Below are positions 29,811 through 44,049 of a stretch of DNA of 64,000 nt, one piece after another. Made by a program: the position numbers and the translations under genes. Within the stretch, counting starts at the first letter, position 1; the number at the start of each line of letters is the position of its first letter. The notes beneath the pieces are model-generated. The model was not told the DNA's origin. It was given only the letters and a program-made list of their open reading frames with translations, and did no database searches. Origin of the DNA: the human T2T-CHM13v2.0 reference genome, Homo sapiens; NCBI RefSeq assembly GCF_009914755.1, contig NC_060925.1; one strand, 5' to 3'.

Positions 29811-30695
29811 TATAGAAGAACTGTGAGATTCCAAACATTTCATATTGAACAGTTAAATATGTGTATCTTCTTTTGGCCTCCCAGTAAGGAAAGGAAAAAG
29901 CTGCCAGTCTCTTGGGGGCCAAGACTTAAGAGAACATGTATTCTTTTTTTCTTTCTCTTTAGTGACTGAAATAGAGAAATTATATAAACAAATGCTGGGG
30001 AACAGCTCTGGTACCAGTGGCCATTTGCCACAAGCTCTTCAAGCTGGACTTTCTCTGCCATAAAAGGCTTGGGACCAAGATCTAGAATAGTCAGATATTT
30101 TTAAAGGGACAAAGGTTATTTTTTAACTTCTTTCAGCCTAGGGAACTTGTTGTTTTCCCAGATTGCTCCTCTACCTATCTGAAAAAGAATCTCAAAAGGA
30201 ATGGTTTCCTTCTACTTGTCACAGCCTACTAGAGTCATGGGCCAAGTCTGATCTTGCAAATGGTGCCATTACTTTAGCAATGTGGCACAACATGCAGAAT
30301 TCAGAAGAAAGTTGTAGAAATTGAATGTTGGTAACATATACTGATTGATCATTTAACAGAAGAGTAAAAAGAGTGTCTTAACTACATATTTTGTATTTAT
30401 ACAGAAGATGATAAAGAGCCAGAACTTTAGATTAGATAAGAAATGACCAGTAACAAAAGACATACTAGTAGAATGTATATGAAGAATAAACTAAAGAGTC
30501 AGCTTTGTTGGAAATCTGGAATGATTCCTGAAAGCAAGAAATGGATGTACATGATCTTTAAGATATTATTTTCTATATCCTGTTTATTAGACAAAATAAT
30601 TATCCAGTCACAAGGCCTTAAGACACACCTGTTTTTTAATGTATTTTGAATCTTGATTGAAATTTCTTAATTCCCTTCTTGGTACTCCCTCTTAG

Positions 30696-30831
30696 ATTGC
30701 TACCTGTTCTGATGACAATACACTAAAAATCTGGCGCTTGAATAGAGGCTTAGAGGAGAAACCAGGAGGTGATAAACTTTCCACGGTGGGTTGGGCCTCT
30801 CAGAAGAAAAAAGAGTCAAGACCTGGCCTAG
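30696..30831 (+). CDS. DTL: DTL exon 13 (136 nt): IATCSDDNTLKIWRLNRGLEEKPGGDKLSTVGWASQKKKESRPGL
   Basis: ccctcttag|ATT ... CTAG|gtaagg; end of the last WD40 repeat. Confidence 0.97.
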
Positions 30832-31029
30832 GTAAGGATATCATATACTTTCCAAGTTTTTTATGGTTTGACTAGTTTAGTCCGACAGTACAGAGTAATA
30901 AGCTAGATTTGATCTTGCTTTGGTATGTTTTTAAAGAAAAGCACTATCTTCTTGCCATTCATTCTTTTTGATAAGTATTTCCCAAGCACTACTATGTTTA
31001 TCATTTACACAAGGTACTACAGTGGTGGA

Positions 31030-33840
31030 TTTATTCAACAAATATTTCTTGAACACCCAGTATGTGCTGGGCCCTGTTCTTAGTTGCTAGGGATTCAGCA
31101 ATGAACAAAAGAATAAAAAATCCTGAAGATGTAAATAGAGCTAACATATTAGTGTGAGAGGCAATAAACAAGATAAAAAAGTAAAATATATACTGTGTCA
31201 AATAACAATAAGGGCTTAGGAATAAAGGAAATAGGAAAGGGAGAAGGGCAAGGGTGAAATATGCTATCAAAATTTTATATTAGGTGACCAGGGGGGCCTC
31301 AATGAAAAGATGGCATTTGAGTAAAGAAAGTGAAGTAGTAAGCCATATAGATATTTTAAAGAAGAATATTCCAGACAGATAAAAGTACACAGGCCCTAAA
31401 GCAGGAGCATGCTTGGCATATTTTCTCTTCCTCAGAGAGGCTAGCATGGCTGGCCCCTAGGGCTGCAGCAGGCAAAGGAAAGGGAGGGAATAGTAGTAGA
31501 AAATGAAATTCTGTGAGACTTTGGCTTTTATTTTGATAGACAAAAGTCCACCAGAGGGTTTGGAGCAGAAGAGTATCATAATTTGACTTTTAACTTGATC
31601 ATTCTTGCTCCTGTGTTGAGGATAAATTGTAAGGGGGTCAGGGTAAAAGCAAAAAGCTACTTTTAAAAAGCCATTGAGATAATCCAGGAAGTGATGATGG
31701 TGACTTAGACCAGAGTAGTAGCAGAAGCTATGGTGAGAAGTCATCCAATTTTGGATATATTTACAAGACAGAGCCAACAGAATATGTTGAGGGATCAGAT
31801 GTGGGGCTATATGGGAGAGTTATCAAGGATAACTTCAGAGATTTTGCTTAAGAAGCTGAAAAGATGGAGTGTCATTAACCTAGATAAATATCCCTGCAGG
31901 AAGAGCAAGTTTGGGAGGGAACAGCTGGAGTTCCATTTGGACATGTTGTTTGATATGATTATTAAACACCCAAATGGACATGTCAGGGAGGCATTTAGAT
32001 GTTTAATTCTGCAGTTCAGGGTTGAAGTTGCAGATGTGAGGTTCATTATCACACAGGGTGAAGATAGCTATAGATAGAAAAAAATAGGCCTGGTGTCTTG
32101 GGGTACCCCGATGTTTAGAGGTTGAGGAGGTGACAAATACCATTAAAGCCTACTGAGCAGCCACAACCAGAGAAGTAAGAGAAAAACTGGGAGAGTGTTA
32201 CATCCTGGAAGCCAAGTAAATAAGAGGAGAGAGGGATGAACTTGATTTGATGTTTCTGGTATACCAAATAAGGTGAGGCCTAAAAACTGACCAATGGATT
32301 AGGCAATCATAGGGGTTATTTGGTGACCTTAATGAGTGTTGTTTTGGTGGTATGATGGTGGCCTGATTGGTGTCATTCATGTATATGACTTGGGGACTAC
32401 AAGTATAGACAGTTCTTTCAAGGAGTTTTGTTATAAAGGAAAGAAGAGAAGTGAAGTGGTAGCTGGAGAAAGAAGCAGGGTTGAAGTTTGCTGGGGTTTT
32501 TTTAAATAGGAATATAACATTTCACAGTGATTGGCAGGATCGTATAGAGAGGGGGAGATTGATGCAGGGGAATTTGCTGGAGCAATGTTAAGCATGAGGG
32601 GATACTATCTGATACACAGTAGGAGGGTAGGCCTTTGCCAGGAACATGGATAGTTGACCCATAGTAATTGGAGAAAAGGTGGAATATATAAGCATGGTGC
32701 AGGTAGGCTACTGAGAGATGGTGGGGAGAGAGGTGGAGAGATGAGATGGCCATAACTTACAGAAGCTTCCTTCTGTTCTGATGTTAAAACATGAATCAGG
32801 GTTATTAACTGCGAATGAGGATAAGGGAGAAAGGGAGTAGAGATTTTAGAAGAGATAAGAAAGTCTGAAATTGTCACTGAGAGAATAGAGGAATAAATGG
32901 ACAGGAAAATATGATTGTTGGGCTTCAAGAGTCAACTTGAGGCTAGCAATAATTAATTGAAAGTGAGCACTCCACATGGTTGTGTGTTTGCTATGCAAGT
33001 ACAAGTATACTATAGGTAGAGAGCTAGATTTAACCAGGGATGTGGTTTAGCAATGCAAGTGAAGAAGGAAGTTGACAGTGGATGCAAAGAGGATGATTAT
33101 GACTATAAGATATAACCTTGGTAAGGAGGCATATTAGTCCATTTTCACACTGCTGATAAAGACATGTACAAGACTTGGCAATTTACAAAAGAAAGAGGTT
33201 TAATGACTTACAGTTCCACATGACTGGAAAGGCCTCACAATCATGGCAGAAGGCAAGGAGGAGCAAGTCACATTTTACATGGATGGCGGCAGGCAAAGAG
33301 AGAGATTGGGCAGAGAAACTCCCCCTTATAATATTGTCAGATCTCATGAGACTTATTTGCTGTCACGAGAACAGCATGGGAAAGACCTGCCCCCATTATT
33401 CAATTACCTCCCACCAGGTCCCTCCCACAACACATGGGAATTCAAGATGAGATTCAGGTGGGGACACAGCCAAACCATATCAGGAGGGAAGTAAGGACAT
33501 AATGGGGCCAAGGGATAGTGTAAATGTGGTACTAGCAGTGGATTGAGGATAAAAGATTGTTGGAATTGAAATACTAAAGGGAGATGGGAAAATAAGTGGT
33601 GATGAGTGGGATGATTGAAATTAAGATAATGGAAGATTTCCAGGTATTGGTAATAATAAGGTAAAGAATAAGTGGCTTAGGAGAGTGAAAGGACAAGATT
33701 ATAGAAGAAGGAGGTCAAAAAACTGAGAAACCAAGGTATTGGAAAGATCATGTACATAGATTTTTTAATCACCATAAATTGACAGATAATGTTGAAGAGA
33801 GTAACAATGAACCAAGAGCAAAAATCTTCAAGCAATGAGC
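31030..33840 (-). mobile_element. Long L2a fragment, interrupted by THE1
   Basis: Begins with antisense L2 3' end tttattcaacaaatatttcttgaacacc...tatgtgctgggcc; purine-rich antisense L2 body. Confidence 0.75.
33130..33482 (-). mobile_element. THE1 (THE1B-like, ERVL-MaLR) solo LTR
   Basis: + strand ends gccaaaccatatca (THE1 5' TGATATGGTTTGGC); 5-bp TSD GGAGG at 33125-33129 and 33483-33487. Confidence 0.92.
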
Positions 33841-34270
33841 CACCCACAGTGTGGATCCTCAGGGTATCATTAGATGTGCTGTATACTTGTACTTACATGG
33901 TAAACACACAACCTTGTGGAATGCTCACTTTCAATTAATTACTGCTAGCCTCAAGTTGACTCTTACTGGCCAACAATCATATTTCCCTGTCCATTTACTC
34001 TTATATTCTCTCAGTGACTGTTTCAAACTGTCTTATCTTTAAGCTTGAGTTTTAAGCTTAAAGATTCATTTTACTTCAGCCATCAAGGCCTAAGGTTAAT
34101 GGGGAATTGAAGGTGAGAAAGGGAAAATATACAGGTTCATTTTTCTAAGGACTTATTTAGTTGCTTATAAGATGCAGAACTAGACTTCAGAGGAGTCTTT
34201 TGCTCTAAGTCTGGTTTCTGTAGTCTTTGATGGTGCTGCCTTATTTGTTTTTGCTCTTTGCTTTTTTTAA

Positions 34271-34566
34271 TTTCTTTTTTTCTTTTCTTTTTTTTTTTTT
34301 GAGACAAAGTCTCACTCTTGTCGCTGAGCCTGGAGTGCAGTGGCATGATCTCAGCTCACTTATTCAAGCAATTCTCCTGCCTCAGCCTCCTGAGTAGCTG
34401 GAATTACAGGCGTGTGCCACCATGCCCAGCTAATTTTTGTATTTTTAGTAGAGATGGGGTTTCACCATGTTGGTCAGGCTGGTCTCGAACTCCTGACCTC
34501 AGGTGATCCACCCGCCTCAGCCTCCCAAAGTGCTGGGATTACAGGCGTGAGCCACCGTGCCCAGCC
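34271..34566 (-). mobile_element. AluS with short internal deletion
   Basis: Antisense Alu dimer. Confidence 0.92.
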
Positions 34567-34928
34567 CTAAAAATTTTTTTTCATTAATTTAGTATTACAG
34601 TTTAATAAGTCAGCTAGTTCTACAACAGTGAATAAGATAAATAGCAGTCCACAGACCCTCTGCCTCATAGTTTCCCTTTCCCAGAGGCAACCTCTTTCAA
34701 ATCCTTTTGCTGATTCTTTGATATGTATGTCTAGACCTCTAAATAGTTTTGTGCATTTCTATTTATTTTTTGCAATTTTCAGCTTTATTAACTTCTTTCC
34801 TTTGTAACATGAGGATTTAACTCCCTTTCCTGTGTCCCACCACTATCAAACCTTCATACTCCTCATCCTCCTAACACAGGGTCATGATTTTGGTTAAATC
34901 AAGATACAGCTCAGTTCCTTTTAGTATG

Positions 34929-35290
34929 CAGTTGTCCCTCAGGATCCATGGGGGATTGGATCCAGGAACCCCCAACAGATACCAAAGTCCACAGAAGCTC
35001 AGATTCATTATCTATGATGTAGTATTTGCCTATAACCTATGTACATTTTCCCATATACTTTTATCATCTCTAGATTACTTAAAATACCTGGTACAGTATA
35101 AATGGTATATTAATAGTTGTTGTACTATATCATTTAGGGAATAATGACAGGAAAGAAAAGTCTGCACATGTTTAGTACAGACACAACCATCTTTTTTCGT
35201 GTTTTTGTTTTAATATTTTCAATTTGTAGTCAACTGAATGCATGGCTGTGGAACCCAGTATACAGAACTCAAGATATAGAGAGTCAACTA
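34929..35290. mobile_element. MER2 (TcMar-Tigger) non-autonomous DNA transposon
   Basis: cagttgtccctcaggatccatgggggattgg ... gagtcaact termini; typical MER2 body. Confidence 0.85.
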
Positions 35291-35349
35291 TATTTAGAGT
35301 TATGTAGTCATTAATACAATCTAATTCTAGAATATCTTCAACACCTAAA

Positions 35350-36345
35350 ATGAGGGTTCCAATTTCTCTTATGTTCTTGTCAACATTTGTTATTGTCCAT
35401 CTTTTTCATTATACCCATCCTAGCAGGTGTGAATTAGTGTCCCATTGTGGTTTTGATTTATATTTTCCTGATGGCCAGTGATGCTGAACATCTTTTCATG
35501 TGCTTATTGGCCATTTATATATTTTCCTTGGTGAAATGTCTATGCAGATCTTCTGCCCATATTCTAATTGGGTTATTTGTCTTTTTATTGTTGAGTTGTA
35601 AGCATTCTTTATATATTCTGGACATAAGTCCCTTATCATGTAATGATTTGCAATGATTTATTCTGTGGGTTGTGTTTTTACTTTCTTGATGGTGTCTCTT
35701 GACACATGTAACTTTATAATTTTGATGAAGTTCAGTTTATCTGTTTTTTCCTTTGTCACTTATGCTTTTGATGTTAAATCAAAGAAACTATTGCCTCTTC
35801 TGAGGTAACAAGGATTTACTCCAATGCTTTCTTCTAGTTTTTTAGTTTAGGCCTGTGATTCGTTTTGAGTTTATTTTTGTGTTATGGTGTGAGTTAGGCA
35901 TTCAAATTTTTTACATATGGATATTTAACTTTCTCACCATCACTTGTTAAAGAGACTATTCTTTAGCCCATTGAATCGTCATGGCACCCTTGGTAAAAAT
36001 CTGCCAAAAATCAATTGACCATAAATGTGAGGGTTTATTTCTGACTTCTCAATTCCATTGATCTATGTATCTGTCCTTATTATGGTTCTGCATTGTCTTC
36101 ATTACTGTAGCTTTGTAGTAGGTTTTGAAATCCTACTTCTGTTTTCTTCTTTTATTTCAAGATTGTCTCGACTGTTCTGGGTCTCTTTTATACAAATTTT
36201 AGTTTCAGCTTGTCATTGTTTGCAAAATAGCCAGCTAGGATTTTGATAGGAATTGCAGTGACTGTGTAGATCAGTTATGGAAGTATTGACATCGTAATAA
36301 TGTTAAATCTTCTGGTCCATGAACTTGGATGTCTTTCTATTGCCT
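35350..36345 (-). mobile_element. L1M ORF2 3' fragment
   Basis: Antisense ORF2 C-terminal signature (ORF track [23 protein letters not shown]). Confidence 0.75.
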
Positions 36346-36567
36346 GTCGTTATATGTACTTTTCTCTCTCTCATTTTAGAAAATATAAAAGAAAAGAATC
36401 ATATGAGGCCATTAGAGAATACTGATTTTAAAAAAAAGTCATCAGTATTCCCTCCACTTTGACATAATTTTAAATGACATTTCCAGTTATTTTTTGAGGT
36501 TTTTCCCTTATACATAGAGATTCTTTTTAACAGAACCATAGTTGTACTGAATACGCATTTGATTTCT

Positions 36568-36769
36568 CTCAAGCCATCCTACCACTTCAGCCTCCCAATA
36601 GCTGGGACTACAGGCATGCACCACCACGCCTGGATAATTTTTGTATTTTTTGTAGAGATGGGGTTTCGCCATGTTGCCCAGGCTGGGCTCAACTCATGAG
36701 CTCAAGCAATCCACCCACCTCAGTCTCCCAAAGTGCTGGGATTACAGGCATGAGCCACTGCACCCAGCC
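36568..36769 (-). mobile_element. Partial AluJ
   Basis: Antisense left monomer plus part of right monomer. Confidence 0.85.
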
Positions 36770-37349
36770 TTAAGTACTTTCTATGTTATCTTTTTTGCAA
36801 CACTATTTCAAATACTACACTTGAGTAAATGTTCCATAATTTACCTAGCTATTCTACTGTAGTTTAAACATTTGTTTCAAATATTTTAAAACTTGGGGTT
36901 TTTTCCTCCCTGAATTTAGGGTCCCCCTTCCCATTAAAATAAGATTCCCAAAGGTGGAATTCTTGTGTTAATGACTATACCATTTCTTAAAATTTGTGAT
37001 GAAAAGTATCTTGCTTTTAACTATGTACTTTTAGTGTGCCATTAATTATCCTTAGTATTAGAAGCCAAGTCACCAAAAAAGTTACATATTGACCAAATGT
37101 GAGTTGTAATAATAACAACGTTTAGCCACTATTGACTCCTAGCATAATTGTTCTAAGGACCTACTTGGATTATCTCATTTAATTATGAAAACAACTGAAA
37201 CTGAAGGTCAAGGAAGTTAGACTTGCTTAAAATCTCATAGCTATGAAGTTGTAGAACCAGAGTCTATAATTGAACCCTTGCAGTCTGATTCTAGAACACA
37301 TGCTCAGAACCACTCTGCAGCACTGCCTTCTTTAGAACCTAACAGAGCA

Positions 37350-37702
<353 letters not shown>

Positions 37703-38104
37703 TTACTCCATTTCTGGGTGATGCTAGGGTTACTCTGAAGAGCACTACGAAGCAACAACCTGACACGGGTTTTCAAAGGCTGGCACACTGACCATTCGAC
37801 TCTCTAAGCCAGCTTCCAGCCACAGATTTGCTGCTTCTAATCACATTGCCATCTTGAAAATCATGTTCCCCTGCTTTCCCAAGCTTCTAATTGCCACGCC
37901 AACCTTTCATTGCTGTCCTGGGCTGCTTATCTTCACTTCTGGCCCTGGCTTGTAAACCCCCTCAGTTAACACATTAATTGGAAGGGTTTAAGTGCTAAGA
38001 CATAGCCTCTTTTTCTCCTGCCCTACTTTTCCCAGCCGGCACCTGCTTCATTGCTTACCACTCTTTCCCTATGTTTTAGCCAGAGATCTCATAGCACTGT
38101 TGAA

Positions 38105-38256
38105 ACCAATAGTCCTCAATCTTGGCTATGCATCATAGCTACTTGGGGAGCTTTTCAAGTCCGTGTATCCCCAGTGATTGATTCAATGGGACTGGACCTG
38201 TATTTTTACAAAGCTCCAAGGAGGTCTGTTATGTAGCGAGGATTGAGAACCTCTGG
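38105..38256. mobile_element. MER5-type hAT-Charlie relic
   Basis: gtcctcaatctt...tgcatca ... gattgagaacctctg termini. Confidence 0.6.
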
Positions 38257-38678
38257 TTTAGGCATTATTGAGTGATAAAGTTGATTATCCTTATCCTAAA
38301 GAGAAGGAAACCCTACCTATTCTGCCTCAGTTGCTTGCTGCAGTCTCACAAGTCAGCAGGATAATTATAGAGTCAATTTTCTGATCCCTAGAACCTCACC
38401 TGTATCCTTGTCAGCAGTAATGAAACTTAACGAACATTGTTTAATAATTCCTTACTACGCACTATAGGGGCACTGGGCCTAAAGATGAGTAAACCATTAT
38501 TAGCTGCCCTCGAGGCTCACAGTCTAGTCTAGGAGGCAGATTCAAAAACTATAGCACACAGCCATTAGCTGTGTAAACAAGGGGCTCTGAGAACCTACTT
38601 CCCCTGTGAGAGGAGAGCTCTGTGGGAGAAGAGGAAAGAAGTTGTGAATTCTTCACAGTGGAGTTAACATTGTCATCA

Positions 38679-39266
<588 letters not shown>

Positions 39267-41204
39267 CTACCATGTCATCAAATCTCATATATTGCTTAAG
39301 GTCAATAAGGAGTTAGTCCACTTAAGTAGATGAAGTACTAAAGAAAATGGCATGCCATATTTAAATGTGTAGGCCCATATAATGGCATGCTATGCACCTG
39401 TTAAAAATAATGCAATGCATCTATGTGTACTTACATGAAGAGACGTAAAAATAAAAGAGCAAATGGCAGAACATGTACAGATATATATATAGTATAATCC
39501 ATTTGTATTTTGGGGTTTTTTAAGGTCTGATACATATATACCTTTGTATGTGCTAAATAGGCACAGAGAAAATTGCGGAATGCACAAGAATGTAAAAGTG
39601 AAATGAAAAAGTTGAAAAGAGGATCCTGTTTCCACCCTCTTCCCCTCTGTACTGGTTGAATTTTTTTACCATTAACTTTCATACTGTTATAATGTAGTTA
39701 CTGTTTAAAAAACATATACACACACTTAAATTTGACCCAGCATTTGCTAACCTTCAAAGCTAACAAAATTTCTTTGACCCCCATGGACCACTTCCTCTTT
39801 CACCATGACATCCTGAAGGAAGAGGAAATGCCCCAACTTTCCAACACATCAATTTCATACCAGCCTTATCAGTAAATACTCCAGTGTGTGCCATGCAAGT
39901 TTCAGAAACCTAGATACCTGGTTTGTCCCTGTCCCAGCTCTTCCTTCTTCCCCAATCCTGCCTTGTTAATCGGCATATTATAGGACTCATAAAATTTTAG
40001 GACTTTCTGCCCTAAATGTACACTTTGACCCACTTAAATGGAACAGATGACTGTGGCAGCTGTGCAGTGACTATTAACCTGCACCGAGGAGTGCAGCAAA
40101 TGAAAACTTCCTTTTCTGCTGAAAAAAATAGCTGTTATCAAGCTCTAGAGCGTTAGTGTGAGAACCATAACCAGAGGTTTCATGAATAGGTCCCTGTTAC
40201 TAAGTCCTTTTCATGGCATCTTATGACAAAATGGGGTTTTTCAGTAATTATCCTTATTAAAAGAGCAGTATCATTTTGGCTGGTTCTAAACATATGGTTG
40301 ATGAGAAAAGTTTAGGCAAAAGTCAATTTGTAGAATTTCTCTCTCTCAAGGCAAGACTGCTTTAGGAGTGAAAAACACAGGGTAAAAAAAGGACAGGATA
40401 ATTAACTGACTAAAGTGAGTACTTGCCAATCTTTATTTATGCTAAAAGAGAGATTGCATTTTTATATCAGCCCATCCTAAATTCAGCTGGATATAAATGC
40501 AATTAGGTAATTAAACTGAATTAAAAATTATAGTTAACAATTCAAAGGCTTTGTGACTGAGAAATAAATAAGTACCCTTGTTATTTGAAGACAGGAATGC
40601 TATTTCAGCAATCTAGAAAGCTCAGAAGGAAATTGAGAAAGTGTTGTCTGTGGTAGGGCCCGAGAGGGAAGAAGCATGAAGTTCATAAAAATTTGCCTGA
40701 AGTACTTGCCATTGTATGTAAACAAAGGGACAGGTACACATACAGAAGTCCTATTTACTAAGTTTGATTTGATTTACAGAGAGCAAGCACTGAGATTCTG
40801 AATGTTTTTTGCCTTGTGGAAAATAGTAGTCATTTGTAAAATAAAGTGGGAAGCCATGTGAGGCCTGATAACCTTAACAAATAATTGATTGAATGGCTTC
40901 TTGTGAAAAGAAAAACTATCTCCTTTAACAGATATAGAATCTGAGTCCAAAGAGATAAAGGGTTATGCCCAAGTCACATAGTAAGTGATTGTGCCAGGTT
41001 TTAGATCTGTGCATTCCTGTTTGAGAGCCCCTGTGCAGTGCCTTTCTGCCCTAGCATTGCTCAACAGTTTATATAAGAATGCTAATGGCAGCGTTAAATG
41101 TGTTGTAGAATACCTATACCTTAGAATACATTGTAGCTATTAAAAATGATAAATCTGTATTAATGTGGGAAATGTTCACAATATATTAAGAAGCAGGTTA
41201 TTCC

Positions 41205-41998
41205 TAATTTTAAAATGGACAAAGGGCCTGAATAGACATTTCTCAAAAGAAGACATACAAATGCCCAACAGGTATATGAAAAACTGCTCAGCATCACCAA
41301 TCATCAGGGAAATGTAAATCAAAACCACAATGAGATATCCCCTCACACCTGTTAGGATAGCTTTTATCAAAAAGACAAAATGTAACAAGTATTGGTAAGG
41401 ATGTGGAGAAAAGGGAACCCTTGTACACTGGTGGGAATGTAAATTAGTATAGCCATTAAGGAAAACAGAATGGCAGTTTCTCAAAAAATTGAAAATAGAA
41501 CTACCATATGATCCAGCAATTTCACTTTTGGGTATATATCAAAAAAAGTGATCGCAGTATGTGGAAGCGATACCTGCACTCCAATGTTCACTGCAGCACT
41601 ATTCACGATAGCCAAGATATGGAATCACCTAAGTATTCATCAGATAAAGACAATATGATGTATATACACAATGGACTACTATTCAGCCTTGAAAAAGAAG
41701 AAAGTTAATGTCATTTGCAACAACAGGGATGAACCTGAAAGGCATTATGCTAGGAGAAATAAGCCAGACAGAGAAAGACAAATACTGCATGATCTCACTT
41801 GTGGAATCTTAAAAAGTTGAACTCATAGGAGCAGAGAGTAGAATAACGTACTATGTACTTGAAAATTGCTGAGTAGATTTTAAATGTTCTTACCACAAAA
41901 ATATATGAAGTGATGTTAGTTGGCTTGATTTAATCATTCTACAATGTATGCATGTATCAAAACATCACATTATAGCCTATATACACAATAAAAATAAA
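41205..41998 (+). mobile_element. L1MA-type 3' fragment (ORF2 end plus internally deleted 3'UTR)
   Basis: gaatagacatttctcaaaagaagacatacaaatg...; ends aataaaaataaa. Confidence 0.8.
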
Positions 41999-42316
41999 TT
42001 TGCTTGAGATAAAATATTACGAAATAGTATATATATAGTGATCTCTCCTTTTTTAAAAAATTTCAATAGTTTTGGGGGAACCAGTGATGTTTGATTACAT
42101 GGATAGGTACTTTAGTGGTGATTTCTGAAATTTGGTGCACCCATCACCCAAGTGGTGTACACTGTAACCAGTGTGTAGTCTTTTATCCCTTACCTCCCTC
42201 CCACCTTGAGTCCCCAAAGTCCATTGTATCATTCTTATGCCTTTGCGTCCTCATAGCTTAGCTCCCACTTATAAGTGAGAACATACGATGTTTGGTTCCA
42301 TTCTTGAGCTACTTCA

Positions 42317-42671
<355 letters not shown>

Positions 42672-43199
42672 TTATTTCAATTCCATTTTATGGCTAAGTA
42701 GTATTCCCTGGTATATATATACACCACGTTTTCTTTATCCACTTGTTGATTGAAGGGCATTTGGGCTGGTTCCACATTTTTGCAGTTGCAAATTATGTTG
42801 CTATAAACATGCATGGGCAAGTGTTTTTTTCATATAATAACTTTTTTTCCTCTGGGTAGATACCCAGTAGTGGGATTGCTGGATCAAATGGTAGATCTAC
42901 TTTTAGTTCTTTACAGAATCTCTGTACTGTTTTCCATAGTGGTTGTACTAGTTTACATTCCCACCAGCAGTGTAAAAGTGTTCCCTTTCCACCACATCCA
43001 CCCCAATGATGGCCATTCTTGCAGGAGTAAGGTGGTATTGCATTGTGGTTTTTATTTACATTTCCCTGATTATTAGTGATGTTGAGCATTTTTTCATAAG
43101 TTTGATGGCCCTGTGTATATCTTTTTTTTGAGAATTGTCTATTCATGTCCTTAGCCCACTTTTTGATGGGATTATTTGGTTTTTTTTCCTTGCTGATTT

Positions 43200-44049
43200 T
43201 AAAACTGGAAAAGTTCCCTTGTCCCCCTTGCAGGGCGTGCGATGAGGGTGTGGCTTCCTTCTTCAATGCCCGGGTGCTCAGACCTCTACGGGAGCATACA
43301 GATGGGCAGGCTGTAGGGCTCCGACCCCACAGCAGTGTCTGGGGGTGAATGTTTATAGCTCCTGAAGCCCCAGTGGGCGTGTGTTACAGTGTGCTCTTTT
43401 AGTTTTGCTGTCTATAGGCGGCTTGTGTTAACCAGCTCTATTAGACCCCTGCCTTATCGCAAGGACAGAGGGCTTTCTGTATCCCGGGGTTCTTGCCTTG
43501 GTGTACCAGAAGACTCGGATCACATGTGGGCTTGGAGAATTTGAGTGCAAGGTTCCACTGAGCAGAAGTAGCTTTCCGCGGATGGGGGAGCCAGAAGGGA
43601 AATGGCTTTCCCCTGGAGTTGGGCCCTTGGCGGCCCCAGTTCTCCTCCGACTGCCCCGACCAAACTGCATCATTCCACCGGTTGATGCCCTGCTGGCCTG
43701 CCGGCCTGCCTATGCCTGTCAGTGTGCTCTTCTGCCAGCGTGCTTCTCAACGTCTGCTTGACGACCAGCCACTTGTGTCTTTCTCTGCCCATGTGTTCCT
43801 CACAACATCCAGCCACCATGTGTTCCTGCTAGGGTCTTGGGGGTTTTTATAGGCACAGGATGGGGGCGTGGCAGGCCAAGGTGGTCTTGGGAAATGCAAC
43901 ATTTGGGCAGGAAATGCCTGTCCTCACCTAGGTCTGTGGGGATGGAGCCCTAGCCAGGGATCACACCTTCTTCTGCCCAACACTTCCCTTCCCCCATTCC
44001 GTATCATTTAAAGGGACCATGCTCTTCCCTTCCCAGCACTCCCGTATCA
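43200..44049 (-). mobile_element. ERV1 solo LTR (LTR1/LTR28/MER52 group), 850 bp, inserted in the L1PB1
   Basis: - strand starts TGATACGGGAG and ends GGAACTTTTCCAGTTTTA; 4-bp TSD ATTT (43196-43199, 44050-44053); TATAAAAA at 43851-43844; removing it restores L1 sequence. Confidence 0.88.
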
